DNA of 59,568 nucleotides from Vicinamibacterales bacterium (lineage in GTDB: Bacteria; Acidobacteriota; Vicinamibacteria; Vicinamibacterales; CAVVIG01), in contig DATKHR010000076.1 of the NCBI GenBank assembly GCA_035510155.1, positions 1 to 59,568 of the forward strand, read 5' to 3'. Positions 9,631 through 18,460 of this stretch are shown here, one piece after another. The translations under genes were made by a program, and so were the position numbers. The notes under the pieces are model-generated. The model saw only the letters and a list, made by a program, of their open reading frames with translations, was not told where the DNA came from and ran no database searches. Every line of letters starts with the position of its first letter. The stretch's first letter is position 1.

Positions 9631-10646
9631 GGGGTCAGGGAGATTTCCAGCGTCTTCGCCAGGGCGCGCGCCAGCGCGACATAGTGATCGACGGCATCGT
9701 TCAGCTCCGTGATCGACACGAACTCGTCCGCGGTGTGGGCGGAATGGATGGAGCCCGGGCCAAACAGCAACGGCTCGCCCCATGCCGAGAGGAACGGAAT
9801 GTCGGTCGTGAAGGGGAACACAGCGGCGTCGAACCCAGGAAGAGTCTTCATACGCACGGGAGGGACTTCGATCACGTCGTCGATCGTCACGCGCGATTCG
9901 AGCGGGGCCACGGCGCGTCGCACGAGGCTGGCGTCGCTGACAGTGCGAAACATGACCTCGGCCTCGGCGGCCGGCGAGACCACGTTAGGCGCCAGACCAC
10001 CCGAGATGAGGCCGATCGTGTAATGCGTGCGACCGAGCTCGGGATCCGCCGGCAAAGGGATCGATCGCAGGTCGATCAACGCGTCGAGCAGCTTGTCGAT
10101 CGCAGACTCCCCAAGCTCGGGAAACGAGGAATGCGCCGCGCGGCCGCTCGCCCGGAATTTCAGTCGGAGGATGCCGCGCGTCGCCCGACCCAGCCGATTG
10201 TCGGTGGGCTCCCCGTTGATCAGGAACCGGCTCTCGTTGGGAACGGTGTTCGCCGCGTGCGCGCCGTCGCTGCCGCGCTCTTCCCCCACCACGAACACGA
10301 GCCCGACGCGCGTCTCGCCCTCGCGGCGCAGCCGATCGGCGGCGGCAACTTGAGCGGCCAGGATGCCTTTCGCGTCACATGCGCCGCGGCCGTGCAGTCG
10401 ATCTCCGGCCACGCGGCTCGGAAAGAACGGCGGCACGCAGTCCAAGTGGGTCGAGAAGACGACGACGGGGGTCGTGCCGCGCGCGATGACGTTGAAGCGC
10501 GACGCGTCGACACGCTGTTCGGTGACTGAAAATCCCAAGCCCCGCAGGTAGCCGGCCAGCCAGCGGCCCGCGTCCCCTTCCTGCCCCGTCGTCGAGTCGA
10601 TGTCGACGAGCGCGCGCGTCAAGGCGACGAGATCGACGGGATTCAC
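9627..10646 (-). CDS. M20-family metallopeptidase (ArgE/DapE-like; by context a candidate N-succinyl-diaminopimelate desuccinylase)
   Basis: Motifs HLDCVPP, GRGACDAKG, VVGEERGSDG and NGEPTD. GTG 10646 overlaps the dapD stop (GTGA). The 473-aa track ORF N-terminus is shadow sequence inside dapD. Confidence 0.8.
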   Translation of the reverse strand: MNPVDLVALTRALVDIDSTTGQEGDAGRWLAGYLRGLGFSVTEQRVDASRFNVIARGTTPVVVFSTHLDCVPPFFPSRVAGDRLHGRGACDAKGILAAQVAAADRLRREGETRVGLVFVVGEERGSDGAHAANTVPNESRFLINGEPTDNRLGRATRGILRLKFRASGRAAHSSFPELGESAIDKLLDALIDLRSIPLPADPELGRTHYTIGLISGGLAPNVVSPAAEAEVMFRTVSDASLVRRAVAPLESRVTIDDVIEVPPVRMKTLPGFDAAVFPFTTDIPFLSAWGEPLLFGPGSIHSAHTADEFVSITELNDAVDHYVALARALAKTLEISLTP

Positions 10647-11527
10647 CGAATCCACGCCTCGAGCTCCGTGCGCGTATCTGTCCTCAGGTCGCGGTACTTC
10701 ACGATCACGGGTGTCGACAGAGACAGGCCCCACTCCGGACCTTTCCCGCCGGTCACTGCGCGCGCGCCGGGCACGACCACCGCCCCCTCGGGAATGACGA
10801 GCGGACACGTGGCTGTCGGCTTGATGATTTCGCCGCGCACGAGATCGTAGACAGGCGTGGATCCCGTCAGCACCGTGCCGGCGCCCACGACGGCTCGGGT
10901 CTTGATGACCGCGCCTTCGTAGATCCCGGTGTTTCCGCCCACGAGCGCGTCGTCCTCGACGATGACCGGCAGCGCGCCGATCGGCTCGATGACGCCGCCT
11001 AGCTGGGCGCCGGCGCTGACGTGGACGCGGGCGCCGACTTGCGCGCACGAGCCGACGAGCGCGTGCGAATCGATCAACGTGTTTTCGCCGATCCAGGCGC
11101 CGATGTTCACGAACATCGGCGGCATGCAGATGACGCCGCGCGCCAGGTACGCACCGTCGCGCACCGACGAGCCGCCGGGCACGAGGCGGATGCCGGATTG
11201 CGCGCCTGCGCGGAACTGACGTACGGGGAGCGTATCTTTGTCGAAGAATTGCTCGTAACGCTCAGCATGCGTCGGAGACATGTCGATCGTCTCGCCAAAC
11301 CGGAATCCGAGCAGGATGCCTTGTTTGACCCACGCGTTGACACGCCAGCCACTTGGGCTCGACGGATCGGGTTCGGCCGCGCGGATGTCGCCGGTGGACA
11401 GCGCGTCTCTCAGGGTGGCGAAAGCGTGTCGCGCCGCGCGGCTGTCGGCAGCCGCGCCCGCGGACACGAGGGACTCGATTTCGGTTTGGAGGCTGCCGGC
11501 TCCCGCGCTCGGATCGTGCGGGCGCAT
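10643..11527 (-). CDS. dapD: 2,3,4,5-tetrahydropyridine-2,6-dicarboxylate N-succinyltransferase
   Basis: 294 aa. A left-handed beta-helix hexapeptide region (NIGAWIGENTLIDSHALVGSCAQVGARVHVSAGAQLGGVIEP...) follows a DapD-type N-domain (WVKQGILLGFR). Confidence 0.85.
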   Translation of the reverse strand: MRPHDPSAGAGSLQTEIESLVSAGAAADSRAARHAFATLRDALSTGDIRAAEPDPSSPSGWRVNAWVKQGILLGFRFGETIDMSPTHAERYEQFFDKDTLPVRQFRAGAQSGIRLVPGGSSVRDGAYLARGVICMPPMFVNIGAWIGENTLIDSHALVGSCAQVGARVHVSAGAQLGGVIEPIGALPVIVEDDALVGGNTGIYEGAVIKTRAVVGAGTVLTGSTPVYDLVRGEIIKPTATCPLVIPEGAVVVPGARAVTGGKGPEWGLSLSTPVIVKYRDLRTDTRTELEAWIR

Positions 11528-12427
11528 TTATGCGACAGCCGCCTTCAGAAGCCCCAGCTCTTTCAGCACGTCGGCGATCTTCTGGCGCGATTCGGGCTTC
11601 GGGGCACACATCGGGAGGCGATAGTGCTCGTCGAGCAGACCCATCGCGGCCATGGCGGCTTTGACCGGAATCGGGTTCGATTCGATGAAGTTGCCGAGCA
11701 TCAGCGGAAGGATGCGCGCATGAATGCCACGGGCGGCCGCAAAATCGCCGCGCTCTGCCGCCTCGACCATCTGCGCCATCTCGAACGGGATTTCGTTCGA
11801 CGCGACGGAAATAATCCCGCGGCCGCCGACAGCCATCAGCGGCAGCGTCAGCGCGTCATCTCCCGACAGCACGATGAAGTCGTGCGGCAACGCGCGGCAG
11901 ATCTCGCACATCTGGGTGACGTTGCCTGAAGCTTCCTTGACGCCAACGATGTTCGGGATCTGCGCGAGGCGAGCGAGCGTGGCGACCTCGACGTTCACGC
12001 CGGTGCGGCCGGGGACATTGTAGACGATGATCAGGAGCGACGTGCTCTCAGCGATGGCTCTGTAATGCTGGTAAAGGCCTTCCTGTGTGGGCTTGTTGTA
12101 ATACGGCGTGACCGACAGGAGACCCGAGGCGCCAGCGTGGCGCATCGCGTCGGCCTGGTGAATGACTTCGGTCGTGTTGTTCCCGCCTGCGCCGGCCAGC
12201 ACGGGCACGGCGCCGTTGGCTTCGTCCACCAGAATCTCGACGATCAGCGTGCGCTCGCCGTCGGTGAGGGTAGGGCTTTCACCGGTCGTGCCGCAGGGGC
12301 ACAGAAAGTGGACGCCTGCGTCAATTTGCCGGCGGCCGAGGCGCCTGACGCCGACCTCGTCGAGCGCGCCTGACTGCGTGAACGGCGTGACGAGTGCGGT
12401 CCCGACTCCGGTGAATGGCGTTCTCAT
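11528..12427 (-). CDS. dapA: 4-hydroxy-tetrahydrodipicolinate synthase
   Basis: MRTPFTGVGTALVTPF...GTTGESPTL...YNVPGRTG. ATG 12427 overlaps the dapB stop (ATGA). The stop TAA at 11528-11530 abuts the dapD ATG. Confidence 0.9.
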   Translation of the reverse strand: MRTPFTGVGTALVTPFTQSGALDEVGVRRLGRRQIDAGVHFLCPCGTTGESPTLTDGERTLIVEILVDEANGAVPVLAGAGGNNTTEVIHQADAMRHAGASGLLSVTPYYNKPTQEGLYQHYRAIAESTSLLIIVYNVPGRTGVNVEVATLARLAQIPNIVGVKEASGNVTQMCEICRALPHDFIVLSGDDALTLPLMAVGGRGIISVASNEIPFEMAQMVEAAERGDFAAARGIHARILPLMLGNFIESNPIPVKAAMAAMGLLDEHYRLPMCAPKPESRQKIADVLKELGLLKAAVA

Positions 12428-13122
12428 ATAGGTCCTATCCCAAGGACGTCTCGCATGTTGAACCATCCGCGCTTTCCCGTGACCCATTTTGCCGCAGCGA
12501 TGGCGCCTCGCGCGAATGCCGTACGATCGCGCGCCGTGTGCGAGAGCGTGACCGTCTCAGCCGGACCGTCGAATCCGACGGTGTGGGTGCCCGGGATGAA
12601 TCCCGCGCGCGTCGATGAGATGTCGATGAGCCGAGGGAAGCCTGCACGCTCCATCGTCTGCTTCAGCAGCAAGGCGGTCCCCGACGGCGCGTCTTTCTTC
12701 GTGGCGTGATGGGCTTCGTGCAGGAACGCACCGAATTCGGTCTGCCCCGCGAACAGCCTGGCGGCTTGCGCCGCCAGCGCCTCGAACAGGACGGCTCCCG
12801 CCGAGAAGTTGGGCGCGACGACAGCGCCGACGCCGCCATCCCGCACGGCTTGACGTACCGATGATTCGTCATTCTGCCAACCGGTGGTCCCGATGACAAG
12901 ATTGATGCCGCGGCGCGCGAGCGCGGCGGCGTTGCCGACGACGACCGCCGGGATCGAGAAATCGATCGCGACGTCCACGCCGTTCCACTGCGGCGCGTCG
13001 GGCCCGCCACCGTGCGACGGCGATTGCGGATCCATCACGCCCACGACCTCGCAGCCGTACTGGGGCGCCAGTTCGCCAACGAGCCTGCCCATCTTGCCGT
13101 AGCCCACCAGGAGGATTCTCAT
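12424..13122 (-). CDS. dapB: 4-hydroxy-tetrahydrodipicolinate reductase
   Basis: MRILLVGYGKMGR Rossmann N-terminus and an HHATKKDAPSGTA block. ATG 13122 overlaps the lysC stop. Confidence 0.9.
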   Translation of the reverse strand: MRILLVGYGKMGRLVGELAPQYGCEVVGVMDPQSPSHGGGPDAPQWNGVDVAIDFSIPAVVVGNAAALARRGINLVIGTTGWQNDESSVRQAVRDGGVGAVVAPNFSAGAVLFEALAAQAARLFAGQTEFGAFLHEAHHATKKDAPSGTALLLKQTMERAGFPRLIDISSTRAGFIPGTHTVGFDGPAETVTLSHTARDRTAFARGAIAAAKWVTGKRGWFNMRDVLGIGPI

Positions 13123-14495
13123 CGAAAGAAGGTTTCGTGAAGCCGGGTCATCGCATGGCGCACATCCGAATTCCGCAGGACGAACGTGATATTGCGTCGT
13201 GACGCGGCTTGGGAGACGAGGCGCAACGGAATCCGATCCAACGCTGTCACCGCGCGTCCGAACAAGCCGGCATCAGTGCGCAAATTCTCGCCGACTGCAC
13301 AGATGATAGCCATATCACGCTCGCAGCTGACTTCAGCGAAATTGCCGAGGTTGTCGACGATCGCGTCCAGGCGACGCGTGTCGTCGATCGTCACCGAGAC
13401 GCTGACCTCCGAGGTCGTGACGACGTCCACCGGCGTTTTGAAGCGCTCGAAGACTTCGAATAAGCGACGGAGGAAACCGTGCGCCATCAGCATGCGCGAG
13501 GACGTGATGTCGATCACCGTGACCTCGCGCTTGCACGCAATGGCGGTCAGTTGGCGGGATGAGTCTTTACTCTGCGCCCCGTCGGCGGTGATGAGCGTGC
13601 CGGTATTTTCGGGGCGGCGCGCGTTGAGAATCCTGACCGGGATGTTCTTCGCGACGGCCGGAAGGATCGTACTGGGGTGCAGGACCTTCGCGCCGAAGTA
13701 GGCGAGCTCGGATGCCTCGGCGAACGATAACCGCGGCACGACGTGTGGCCTCGGCACGATTCGAGGATCGGCGGTCAGCATGCCGTCGACGTCGGTCCAG
13801 ATTTGTATTTCAGCGGCATCGAGGGAGGCACCGAAGACGGCCGCTGAGTAGTCCGACCCCCCGCGCCCCAGGGTGGTCGTAACGCCGCTGACAGTCGCGC
13901 CGATGAATCCCCCGAGAACCGGCACCTGCCCTGACGCCACCACAGGCGCGATCCGCCCGCGACAGCAGTGTTCGGTCCGCGCGATGTCGGGCGACGCGCC
14001 CCCGTGCTCGTCATCGGTGACCAGGACGCGGCGCGCATCGACCCACGCGCTTGGCAGCTGATGGTCGTTCATTGCGGCGGAGACGATACGGCTGCTGGCG
14101 AGCTCACCGGCGGCCAGCACGGCGTCGAGCGAGCGCGGCGAGACCTCGCGCAGGACGGCGAGCGCGTGCACGAGGCCGGTCAGCTCGTCAAACTCTTTCT
14201 TGACGTGGGCAAGGACAGCGTCGCGGCTGCCGGTCGTCACTCGGCTCGCGACGTCAATGTGGCGGTCGAGAAGCGCGCGCAGGTCGGCGGCCGCCCTGTC
14301 ACCCTCGCCCTCTTCCGCGAGCGCCACGACGGCGACGAGCGTATCCGTGACGCCGGCGAGCGCGGAGACGACCACAATGGGCGCCGCGGCATCTTTGGCT
14401 TTCTGGCGACGAACGATGCCGATCAACCGGTCGATCGCGTCAGGGTCCGCCACCGACGTGCCGCCGAACTTCATCACGATGCTCACAGGAGACAC
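13119..14495 (-). CDS. lysC: Aspartate kinase
   Basis: VMKFGGTSV N-terminus and C-terminal ACT-type regulatory region. GTG at 14495 overlaps the asd stop by 13 nt. An alternative ATG lies at 14474 (MKFGGTSV). Confidence 0.9.
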   Translation of the reverse strand: MSPVSIVMKFGGTSVADPDAIDRLIGIVRRQKAKDAAAPIVVVSALAGVTDTLVAVVALAEEGEGDRAAADLRALLDRHIDVASRVTTGSRDAVLAHVKKEFDELTGLVHALAVLREVSPRSLDAVLAAGELASSRIVSAAMNDHQLPSAWVDARRVLVTDDEHGGASPDIARTEHCCRGRIAPVVASGQVPVLGGFIGATVSGVTTTLGRGGSDYSAAVFGASLDAAEIQIWTDVDGMLTADPRIVPRPHVVPRLSFAEASELAYFGAKVLHPSTILPAVAKNIPVRILNARRPENTGTLITADGAQSKDSSRQLTAIACKREVTVIDITSSRMLMAHGFLRRLFEVFERFKTPVDVVTTSEVSVSVTIDDTRRLDAIVDNLGNFAEVSCERDMAIICAVGENLRTDAGLFGRAVTALDRIPLRLVSQAASRRNITFVLRNSDVRHAMTRLHETFFR

Positions 14496-15538
14496 TCCCG
14501 GTGCATCAGCTCCGCATTGAGGATCGCCGCACCCGCCGCGCCGCGAATCGTATTGTGTCCGAGGGCGACAAATTTATGGTCGAGGACGGCGCACGAACGA
14601 AGGCGTCCGACAGTGACCGCCATCCCGCCGTCGCGGTGCGCATCGAGCGCGGGTTGCGGACGGTTCGGCTCTGACAAGTAGACGACTGGCTGGCGCGGAG
14701 CCGACGGCAGCGCCATCTCCTGTGGCCGGCCTCTGAATGCATTCCAGGCGTCGATCAACGCGCCGGCGTCGACGCCACGCGCTCCGCCGCCGAAGGCGAT
14801 CGAGATGGATGCTGTGTGCCCATCATGAACCGGCACGCGAGTGGTGGTCGCGCTGATCGTCACGGGATGATGCTCGACGAGACCGCCTCGAAGCGTGCCG
14901 AGAATCTTGTTCGTCTCGGTCTGGATCTTCTCCTCCTCGCCGCCGCCGATGTATGGAATGACGTTGGACAGGATGTCCCACGAGGGCACGCCTGGATAGC
15001 CGGCACCGGAGATCGCCTGCAAGGTCGTGATCATCGCTTTCTCGAGGCCGAACTGGCGAAGCGGCGCGAGCGCCATCGCCAGCACAACCGTCGCACAGTT
15101 CGGGTTCGTCACAATGGCGCCCTTCCATCCGCGGGCGGCCGTCTGAGCCTTCAGCAGCGCCAGGTGATCCGCGTTCACTTCCGGAATGAGGAGCGGCACG
15201 TCAGGTTCCATACGGTAGTTGCGCGAGTTGCTGACGATAACGTGGCCGGCCTGTGCGAAGGCAGCCTCGATGTCTCCCGCGACCGACGAGTCGAGCCCGG
15301 AGAACACGAGCTTCGGCGCGCGGCCCGGCGTCGCCGCATCGACCTGGCGGCCCGCCACGTCGTCGGGCAGCGGGGCCTGAAGGCGCCATGGTGTGGCGTC
15401 GCGGTATGGTTTCCCTTCCGATCGTTGACTGGCGCCCAGCCATGCGACCTTGAACCACGGATGCTTCGCGAGCAGCGCGATGAACTGTTGGCCAACGGCG
15501 CCGGTCGCTCCAAGAATGCCGACCTCGATTAGTGTCAT
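14483..15538 (-). CDS. asd: Aspartate-semialdehyde dehydrogenase
   Basis: MTLIEVGILGATGAVGQQ...TNPNCATV (active-site Cys block). ATG 15538 is codon 35 of the track ORF. Confidence 0.9.
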   Translation of the reverse strand: MTLIEVGILGATGAVGQQFIALLAKHPWFKVAWLGASQRSEGKPYRDATPWRLQAPLPDDVAGRQVDAATPGRAPKLVFSGLDSSVAGDIEAAFAQAGHVIVSNSRNYRMEPDVPLLIPEVNADHLALLKAQTAARGWKGAIVTNPNCATVVLAMALAPLRQFGLEKAMITTLQAISGAGYPGVPSWDILSNVIPYIGGGEEEKIQTETNKILGTLRGGLVEHHPVTISATTTRVPVHDGHTASISIAFGGGARGVDAGALIDAWNAFRGRPQEMALPSAPRQPVVYLSEPNRPQPALDAHRDGGMAVTVGRLRSCAVLDHKFVALGHNTIRGAAGAAILNAELMHRECLL

Positions 15539-15559
15539 GACTCGTGACTCGAAAGAATC

Positions 15560-15595
15560 AAAAAAAAAGCCGACGCGGCGTGAACCGTGTCGGCT
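15560..15595 (-). terminator. Intrinsic terminator / attenuator hairpin about 21 nt upstream of the asd start codon
   Basis: The minus strand reads AGCCGACACGG-TTCACG-CCGCGTCGGCT (11-position stem with one A-C mismatch) followed by nine T residues. It sits inside the 5' leader of the operon, not after a gene. Confidence 0.6.
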
Positions 15596-15621
15596 GTGTG
15601 TTGGCTCGGTTGTGGCGATGA

Positions 15622-15714
15622 CTAGCGCGCGAGCATACAAACTCCGACAGCGGACTGTTTCATCCGCTTGGTCGACTTCGACCGCTTGGTCACACTGGTT
15701 CGCTTCGCGCGCAT
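15622..15714 (-). CDS. Candidate 30-aa leader peptide MRAKRTSVTKRSKSTKRMKQSAVGVCMLAR
   Basis: ATG 15714 to TAG 15622-15624, read directly from the sequence. Too short for the ORF track. It has 5 Lys, 3 Thr and 3 Met codons. It lies between an extended -10-like box and the terminator hairpin. Coding status is unproven. Confidence 0.35.
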   Translation of the reverse strand: MRAKRTSVTKRSKSTKRMKQSAVGVCMLAR

Positions 15715-15724
15715 CGGGACCGAC

Positions 15725-15733
15725 AGTATAGCA
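15725..15733 (-). promoter_or_regulatory. Extended -10-like element TGCTATACT
   Basis: The minus strand reads ...CCATGCTATACTGTCGGTCCCGATG. There is no convincing -35. It would place the TSS a few nt before the leader-peptide ATG. Confidence 0.3.
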
Positions 15734-15757
15734 TGGGCCTTGGTTGTTGAGCCGGCG

Positions 15758-15964
15758 TCAGAGGTATTTCAGGATGCCGCTGAGCGCCTGATAGAGGACC
15801 TGCGCGAGATTCCGGACGAGCGGCGAGATCTCACCTTCATTGACGGCATTGGCGACGGTGACGGGGTTGGTGAGGAAAAGCCAGATCGTCGCCCCGGCCA
15901 GCGCGATGCTCACGATGGCGACGCACGCGAACAGGCTGACGCTGAGGCGCTGAAATCGCATCAC
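15758..15964 (-). CDS. Small (68 aa) membrane protein, unknown function
   Basis: One clear TM helix (LFACVAIVSIALAGATIWLFL). Third-position G/C bias is strong. Confidence 0.6.
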   Translation of the reverse strand: MMRFQRLSVSLFACVAIVSIALAGATIWLFLTNPVTVANAVNEGEISPLVRNLAQVLYQALSGILKYL

Positions 15965-16009
15965 GTCTCAAATATCACACGGCGAGCCATCAGCGACATG
16001 ACAGTTCCG

Positions 16010-17014
16010 TCACACTTCGAGGACGATCTTACCGAACTGGGCGGACGCTTCGAGCCGGTCTTGAGCGCGCGCGGCGTCGGCCAGCGGGAACGTGCGGTCG
16101 ATGGCCGGCGCCAGCTGACCGCTGAAGAAGTACCGCGCGGCCTGCCAGAGCTCGCCTTTCGTACCCATGTAGGAACCCAGGATTGAGAGCTGCTTCGAGA
16201 AGACCGCGGTCAGATCGAGGCTCCCCTTCGGGCCCGTCGTGGCCCCACAGGTCACGAGGCGACCACGGCGCGCGAGGGCGCGGACACTCTTCGCCCAGGT
16301 TGATTCGCCAACATGTTCTATGACGACATCCACGCCCCTGTTGTTCGTGTGGACCTTGATTTCTTCGGCGATGTCTTGCTCATGATGGTGGATCGCGAAA
16401 AAGGCGCCAAGCGCGCGCGCCCGCTCGAGCTTCTCGTGAGATCCCGCCGTCGCAAACACGCGCGCGCCATGAAGCCGCGCAATCTGAATCGCCGCTTGGC
16501 CGACGCCGCTTCCGGCCGCCAGAATCAGCACGTCTTCTCCGCGCGCGATTTGCGCCTTTGTCACGAGCATGTGCCATGCCGTCACGAACGTCAACGGAAA
16601 GGCGGCGGCATGAACAAAATCGATGTGATCGGGGATGCCGATGAGGTTCTGGACTGGCACCTTGACGAACTCTGCGTAACCGCCCTGATGATTGCGATAA
16701 CCGAGCACCTCGTACAGCGGGCAATCGTTGTCACGGCCCGACAGGCACGCGGCGCACCGGCCACAGCTGATGCCGGCTTGCAACATGACGCGTTGCCCGG
16801 TCTCCACGACTTCGCCGGCCACGTCGCTGCCTGAGATATGCGGCATCGGAATCGTCAGGCGCGGCAGACCGCGCCGCTCCCAGAGGTCGAGGTGATTGAG
16901 CGCGCACGCGCGCACCCGCACCAACACTTCGCCGGCCGCGGGCTCCGGATCTGGCGCGTTCTCGTAGCGGAGCACGTCCACGCCGCCGTGAGCGTGGAAG
17001 CGGATCGCTCTCAT
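16010..17014 (-). CDS. Zinc-binding alcohol dehydrogenase / NADPH:quinone oxidoreductase (MDR superfamily)
   Basis: 334 aa with a GroES-like N-domain containing the Cys cluster (CGRCAACLSGRDNDC) and Rossmann motif AAGSGVGQAA. Confidence 0.85.
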   Translation of the reverse strand: MRAIRFHAHGGVDVLRYENAPDPEPAAGEVLVRVRACALNHLDLWERRGLPRLTIPMPHISGSDVAGEVVETGQRVMLQAGISCGRCAACLSGRDNDCPLYEVLGYRNHQGGYAEFVKVPVQNLIGIPDHIDFVHAAAFPLTFVTAWHMLVTKAQIARGEDVLILAAGSGVGQAAIQIARLHGARVFATAGSHEKLERARALGAFFAIHHHEQDIAEEIKVHTNNRGVDVVIEHVGESTWAKSVRALARRGRLVTCGATTGPKGSLDLTAVFSKQLSILGSYMGTKGELWQAARYFFSGQLAPAIDRTFPLADAARAQDRLEASAQFGKIVLEV

Positions 17015-17026
17015 TTGTGAAGGTCT

Positions 17027-18460
17027 CTATGAGAAGGCGTCTGGCGGCAGGACGAGCGGATCGCCCACACCGAGGCCGCCGAGCTCGGCCCCGAACACGT
17101 CGATGTCGCCGACGATGAGTGTCGTCAGGCGGGCGGGGTCAATGTAACGCGTCATGACCCGCGAGACCTCGTCCCGGCTGACGGCTTCGATGCGCGGAAC
17201 AAACTGCGCGTAATAATCATCGGGCAGATCGTAGAGCGCGAGCTGCATCACCGCGCGGCCGATCTGATCGGCTGTCTCGAAATTTCGCGCGTACCCTCGG
17301 GTGAGCGCGGCAACCCCGAATGACAGCTCCTCGGGGGTCACAGGACGCGTGCCGCGGATCCCTTCGATCTCGGCGAGTGACTCATGGATGGCCTGCACGG
17401 TCGCGGCCGTTTGCACGCTGACCTGCAGCACGAAGGGCCCCGGGCGACGGCGGAACTCGAACGCCGTTCGCGCGCCGTAGGTGAATCCTTTGTCTTCCCG
17501 CAGATTGAGATTGACGCGGCTGACGAACTGCCCGCCAAGGATCGCATTCGCGAGCGCGAGGGCGTGGTAGTCAGGCGTGTGTCGCGCGGCAGCAACCTGG
17601 CCGATGCGAAGCTCGGACTGGGGGGCGCGCAATCGCGGCACGACGGCAAGGCGCGGAGGGGCGCTCGGCGCTTGGCCCTTTGTGTTTGGTGCTTGGTGCG
17701 TGGTCCGTCCTTGGTCCCTGCTCGCTGGCGCTGGGCGCTGGGTCCGTCGTCCGTGATCCTCGCCCCAATCGGCGAAGGCGTGGGCGGCGAGCCGGGCCAT
17801 CGCCGAGTGATCGCAGTCTCCGACGGCGATGAGCGTCGCGGCGGCGGGCACAAGCTCGCGCCCATGAAACGACCGCACGTCGTCGATCGTCAGCGACGTG
17901 AGTGAGGCCTCGTTGCCTATCGGGGAATGACCGTATGGATCGTCGCCGTACACGAGCGAGAGGAATGCGCGATCAGCAACCGCGGCGGGGGAATCACGCA
18001 ATTGTTTCAACCGATGCAACCTGAGTTGCCGCACGCGCTCGAAATCGGATTCGCCGAGCGACGGTCGAGCGACGATGTCGCCCACGAGAGGCAGGACGCG
18101 ATCGGTGACGCGGCTGAGTGCCGTCACGCTGATGGCGGTGGCATCCGAGCCGATATCGGTATCGAACTGCGCGCCGAGGCGGGCGAGCGCCTCGTGCATC
18201 TGGATAGCCGACCGACCTCCGCTCCCCTCATCCAGCATGTCGGCGGTGATCGCTGCCAGGCCGTCCTGCCCCGGGGGATCCGCCGCAGCGCCGCGCGTGA
18301 CGAGGAGGATGAGCGAAACCACAGGGACTTGCGGATGGCGAACGGTCCAAACGCGCAGGCCGCTCGGCAAGACGGACTTCTCGACCGGCGGGAACTTGAA
18401 CGTCCGGGCGGGTCCCGGTTCCGGCAACTTCGAGCGATCGGCCGTCAGGGCGCGAGCCAT
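17027..18460 (-). CDS. M16-family peptidase-like protein, probably the non-catalytic partner
   Basis: Pitrilysin-fold sequence without an HxxEH motif. It has a low-complexity insert (...RTQRPAPASRDQGRTTHQAPNTKGQAPSAPP...). ATG 18460 overlaps the upstream TGA by 1 nt; an alternative ATG lies at 18484. Confidence 0.8.
   Translation of the reverse strand: MARALTADRSKLPEPGPARTFKFPPVEKSVLPSGLRVWTVRHPQVPVVSLILLVTRGAAADPPGQDGLAAITADMLDEGSGGRSAIQMHEALARLGAQFDTDIGSDATAISVTALSRVTDRVLPLVGDIVARPSLGESDFERVRQLRLHRLKQLRDSPAAVADRAFLSLVYGDDPYGHSPIGNEASLTSLTIDDVRSFHGRELVPAAATLIAVGDCDHSAMARLAAHAFADWGEDHGRRTQRPAPASRDQGRTTHQAPNTKGQAPSAPPRLAVVPRLRAPQSELRIGQVAAARHTPDYHALALANAILGGQFVSRVNLNLREDKGFTYGARTAFEFRRRPGPFVLQVSVQTAATVQAIHESLAEIEGIRGTRPVTPEELSFGVAALTRGYARNFETADQIGRAVMQLALYDLPDDYYAQFVPRIEAVSRDEVSRVMTRYIDPARLTTLIVGDIDVFGAELGGLGVGDPLVLPPDAFS

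Noticed and set aside
15541-15757. L-box (lysine) riboswitch or T-box in the asd leader.
   Set aside because: I could not find the conserved L-box helices or core motifs, or a T-box specifier and T-box sequence, by eye. The leader is also rather short for an L-box. This needs an Rfam scan to exclude formally.
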